This document shows, piece by piece, positions 61,403-64,000 of a stretch of 64,000 nucleotides of DNA; position 1 is the first letter of the stretch, and each line of letters starts with the position of its first letter. Source of the stretch: Methanobacteriota archaeon (GTDB taxonomy: Archaea; Thermoplasmatota; Poseidoniia; Poseidoniales; Poseidoniaceae); contig JAYOBJ010000008.1 in the NCBI GenBank assembly GCA_038104845.1, positions 7,788 to 71,787 on the forward strand, in the 5' to 3' direction. The translations under genes and the position numbers were made by a program. A model generated the notes under the pieces. It was not told where the DNA came from and ran no database searches. It saw only the letters and a program-made list of their open reading frames with translations.

Positions 61403-62680
61403 TCACCGGTTGAGGGCACGGTGAGCGATGTCACGGCGGTGGTGACCGCCATCCAGCGAGAGTTGCTCCAACTGCAGGTAAGCACGCTGTCGGGCAACCG
61501 CGACATCTTCGGCAACCGCCGTGCTCGACAAGACGCGACCGCCGGTGGCCAACCAGGTGTCACCGTCGCGACCGACACCCGCAAGGCTCAGCCATGTGTC
61601 GCCGTACGCACCGTTGGCCATCGCCTCCTTCATGCCGTCGATGGGCCGACCCTTGATCGGTGCCTCGGGATATCCCTCGGACGCCAACACCACCGTCAAT
61701 GCAAACCGATTGCTGATGGTCACGCTTGCGGCATCCAATTGGTCCGTCGCAGCACCGTGGAGGAGGTCAAAGACGTCGCTGGTGATCAGTGGCAAGGTCA
61801 CTTGGCATTCCGGGTCACCAAACCGGACGTTGAACTCAACGACGTACGGGTCCCCAAAGTCATCGATCATCAAACCGATAAACAAAACCCCGCGGTAAGG
61901 CACAGGCTGGTTCGCAAGGTAGCGATGCATGGGCTCAATGATGCGTGACACAATGCGTTCGTGGACCGCATCATCCACCACCGGTGCGGGGCAGTAGGCG
62001 CCCATACCGCCGGTGTTGGGGCCCTCATCACCATCGAACGCTCGCTTGTGGTCCTGACTGGCTGGAAGCGGAACGAATGTTTGCCCGTCCATCACCACCA
62101 ACATACTGGCCTCTTCACCGGGTAAAAACGCCTCCAGCAAGACGCAACCGTCGGTCTCGATGGAGGCCTCAATGAAAGCTCGAGCCTCGGCCCGATCACG
62201 AGTCACCACCACCCCTTTTCCGCCGGCCAACACATCACGCTTCACCACCCAGGGTGATGCAGCGTACGCATCCAGCGCCGATTCAATGTCCGAATCAGCC
62301 TCCAGAAGCACGTAATCGGCCGTCGGGACGCCGGCTTCCTGCATGGTCATCTTAGCGTGAAGTTTGGAACCCTCGAGACGCGCCAGCGCAGCCACGGGAC
62401 CGAAGCATGGCAGCCCTGCAGCCGAACAGGCATCGGCCAATCCATCGCAGAGCGGTGCCTCTGGCCCGACCACGACCAGGCCAACGCCAAGGTTGGTTGC
62501 CAGATCTGCAGTGGCTTGTTGCGATGCGTCTTGAAGGACATGGTTGGTGGCGATGTCAGCGGTTCCTGCGTTGCCGGGCAGGCAGTGGACGGTCCCGACG
62601 TTAGGCGATTCCAACAGGGCCAACACGAGGGCGTGTTCTCGACCGCCGCTGCCGACAACGAGTACATCCGTGGGTTGCAT
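61403..62680 (-). CDS. purD: Phosphoribosylamine-glycine ligase
   Basis: ORF 61403..62728 trimmed to ATG (complement of 62678-62680), giving [22 protein letters not shown]. It has the ATP-grasp core, and the 425-aa length is typical for PurD. Confidence 0.9.
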   Translation of the reverse strand: MQPTDVLVVGSGGREHALVLALLESPNVGTVHCLPGNAGTADIATNHVLQDASQQATADLATNLGVGLVVVGPEAPLCDGLADACSAAGLPCFGPVAALARLEGSKLHAKMTMQEAGVPTADYVLLEADSDIESALDAYAASPWVVKRDVLAGGKGVVVTRDRAEARAFIEASIETDGCVLLEAFLPGEEASMLVVMDGQTFVPLPASQDHKRAFDGDEGPNTGGMGAYCPAPVVDDAVHERIVSRIIEPMHRYLANQPVPYRGVLFIGLMIDDFGDPYVVEFNVRFGDPECQVTLPLITSDVFDLLHGAATDQLDAASVTISNRFALTVVLASEGYPEAPIKGRPIDGMKEAMANGAYGDTWLSLAGVGRDGDTWLATGGRVLSSTAVAEDVAVARQRAYLQLEQLSLDGGHHRRDIAHRALNR

Positions 62681-62765
62681 GGGATGGCGTTCGAAGAGCA
62701 TGGAATAAGCCCTTCGCGTCGGCCCCATGACCCTGCGAAGACCCCATAGGCATCAACGGGGTCCG

Positions 62766-64000
62766 ATGAACATGCGACGAGCCGCTCAAGCCTTGCTCCT
62801 GACCGCCATGATGCTCATGATGTCCTCCAATGCATGGGCACAACCACCCGCCGATGGTTCCACAACCACCGTAACCGACGACCTCACGTGGTCCGGTGAC
62901 GCCACCATGAGCGGCCACGTGGTCGTGGAGAACGGCGCCATCCTCACGGTTGAAGGCGACATCACCATGGAGTTCGGATCCAGCATCACCGTGGCCGAAG
63001 GCGGTGAACTCAACCTCCAAGGCGGCAGCCTCTCGGGAGAGTCCCTCGACGCCGGCCGGATGGTGAACAGCGTGCCCACCACGTCGGTCACGGTCAATTT
63101 CGGGGACCTCGCTGAGACGGGAGTGGTCCAACTCCAATTTGACCACACCATCGCCTCCGGCGTCGACTTCAACGTGAGCCTTGGGGATGAAACCCAGAAC
63201 CTTTCCGGTCTTGACACCGTCCAATTCAATGCACCGTTGAACGGCACCAACCTGACCTTCACGTTCACATCGTATTACTTCACCCCAACCCACCTCACCT
63301 GGGCGCAGGCCATCCACAGCGGTGGCAGCACCGTGCGCCACCAAGCCATGAACATCGAGTCCGACAACGCCCCGCTTTACTGGTTCAACGCGGCGTTCGA
63401 CATCATCGTCAACGGGCAGCTCAACGCCGAGGCCAGCAACATCACCGGCGCCAACATCACGTGCCAGCACCACTGCCGCTTCAACGGCGCCAACCTCGTG
63501 GGGAGCGCCCCGATTCACGTGGCCAACGCCACATCAATCGAAATGCTGAGTTCAACCGTGGCCGGCTCCCGCACCGACGAGGACATCGTGCTTCACGACG
63601 AAGCCACCATCATCTATACCAACAACGTCGGAACAGGTGGCACGACCGATGCATGGATTCGCTTGCTGTCCGAGCGCGTGATTCAGACCAACATTCCCAA
63701 CGGCTCCCTGGACATCACCGGCATCGGTTGGTCAGCCAGTCAGTGGAACGACCTCACCGATGATCGAGGGCGCATCGTGTTGGTCGCCAATGAGACCACC
63801 AACGAACACAAGCGCATCGTGGAATGGATGGATGGGCAAGGCAACCATGCCACAGAAACTGCGAACATCACCCTCTCCATCACCAGCAATTGGGGTGTGT
63901 TCAGCACGACCGTGCCCGCACCCGCAACGGCGTTCGGAACCATCAACCTCGACCTGCCGTTCGTGAGCGTCACGGGGCTCGAACCCGAAGACATCACCGC
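62766..64000 (+). CDS. Secreted beta-helix-type surface protein, N-terminal part (runs off the window)
   Basis: Absent from the ORF track because it has no stop in the window. Hand translation from ATG 62766 stays open to base 64000: MNMRRAAQALLLTAMMLMMSSNAWAQPPADGSTTTVTDDLTWSGDATMSGHVVVENGAILTVEGDITMEF... It is Thr/Asn/Gly-rich with several N-x-S/T sequons. The competing minus-strand ORF 62601..63518 has shadow-frame composition. Confidence 0.7.
   Translation, partial: MNMRRAAQALLLTAMMLMMSSNAWAQPPADGSTTTVTDDLTWSGDATMSGHVVVENGAILTVEGDITMEFGSSITVAEGGELNLQGGSLSGESLDAGRMVNSVPTTSVTVNFGDLAETGVVQLQFDHTIASGVDFNVSLGDETQNLSGLDTVQFNAPLNGTNLTFTFTSYYFTPTHLTWAQAIHSGGSTVRHQAMNIESDNAPLYWFNAAFDIIVNGQLNAEASNITGANITCQHHCRFNGANLVGSAPIHVANATSIEMLSSTVAGSRTDEDIVLHDEATIIYTNNVGTGGTTDAWIRLLSERVIQTNIPNGSLDITGIGWSASQWNDLTDDRGRIVLVANETTNEHKRIVEWMDGQGNHATETANITLSITSNWGVFSTTVPAPATAFGTINLDLPFVSVTGLEPEDIT

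Noticed and set aside
62601-63518. 305-aa minus-strand ORF overlapping the purD start and the region beyond
   Set aside because: The plus-strand frame from 62766 has a signal peptide and surface-protein composition and stays open to the window end. The minus-strand product is a Gly/Val/Arg/His/Asp-rich shadow frame.
1-64000. Search by eye for CRISPR arrays, IS elements, transposase/integrase genes, rRNA and tRNA
   Set aside because: I saw no regularly spaced direct repeats outside coding repeats, no DDE or tyrosine-recombinase-like ORFs, and no intergenic space long enough for rRNA. T-loop-like strings (ggttcgaaccc near 20115, ggttcgaacc near 7781) lie inside CDSs without acceptor or anticodon stems. 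A proper tRNAscan/Infernal run would be needed to be definitive.

Overview
This is a GC-rich (roughly 60% by eye, not computed), very tightly packed archaeal chromosome segment. Archaeal origin is supported by type II GAPDH, archaeal/eukaryal-type PheRS beta, archaeal GluRS, uS15 with the S13e-type N-terminus, archaeosine synthase ArcS, an STT3/AglB oligosaccharyltransferase and three class III (type IV pilin-like) signal peptides. The mix of giant adhesin-like ORFs, secreted peptidases and streamlined spacing resembles planktonic marine Thermoplasmatota (MG-II/Poseidoniales-like), but that placement is inference only. Bases 1-25.6 kb hold housekeeping genes (gap, pheT, rnhB, gltX, rps15, arcS, dnaJ) interleaved with membrane and surface proteins. 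Bases ~25.9-61.3 kb form a ~35 kb cell-envelope island. It contains four giant ORFs (1,807, 1,918, 1,467 and 3,183 aa), two secreted proteases, a translationally coupled MBL-hydrolase plus three-pilin-like operon, and a wHTH-P-loop-TPR (STAND-like) protein. The 3,183-aa ORF is an AglB/STT3 with extra N-terminal helices and a ~1,780-aa C-terminal ectodomain, and it is the most unusual object in the window. purD and another secreted protein follow. Two real-looking ORFs that run off the window edges (minus strand 1-1573, plus strand 62766-64000) are missing from the supplied ORF track; I translated them by hand. I recognised no rRNA, tRNA, CRISPR array, transposase or integrase. All family calls rest on motif recognition by eye, and no searches were run. 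Many long ORFs in the track are antisense shadow frames of this GC-rich DNA and were rejected.
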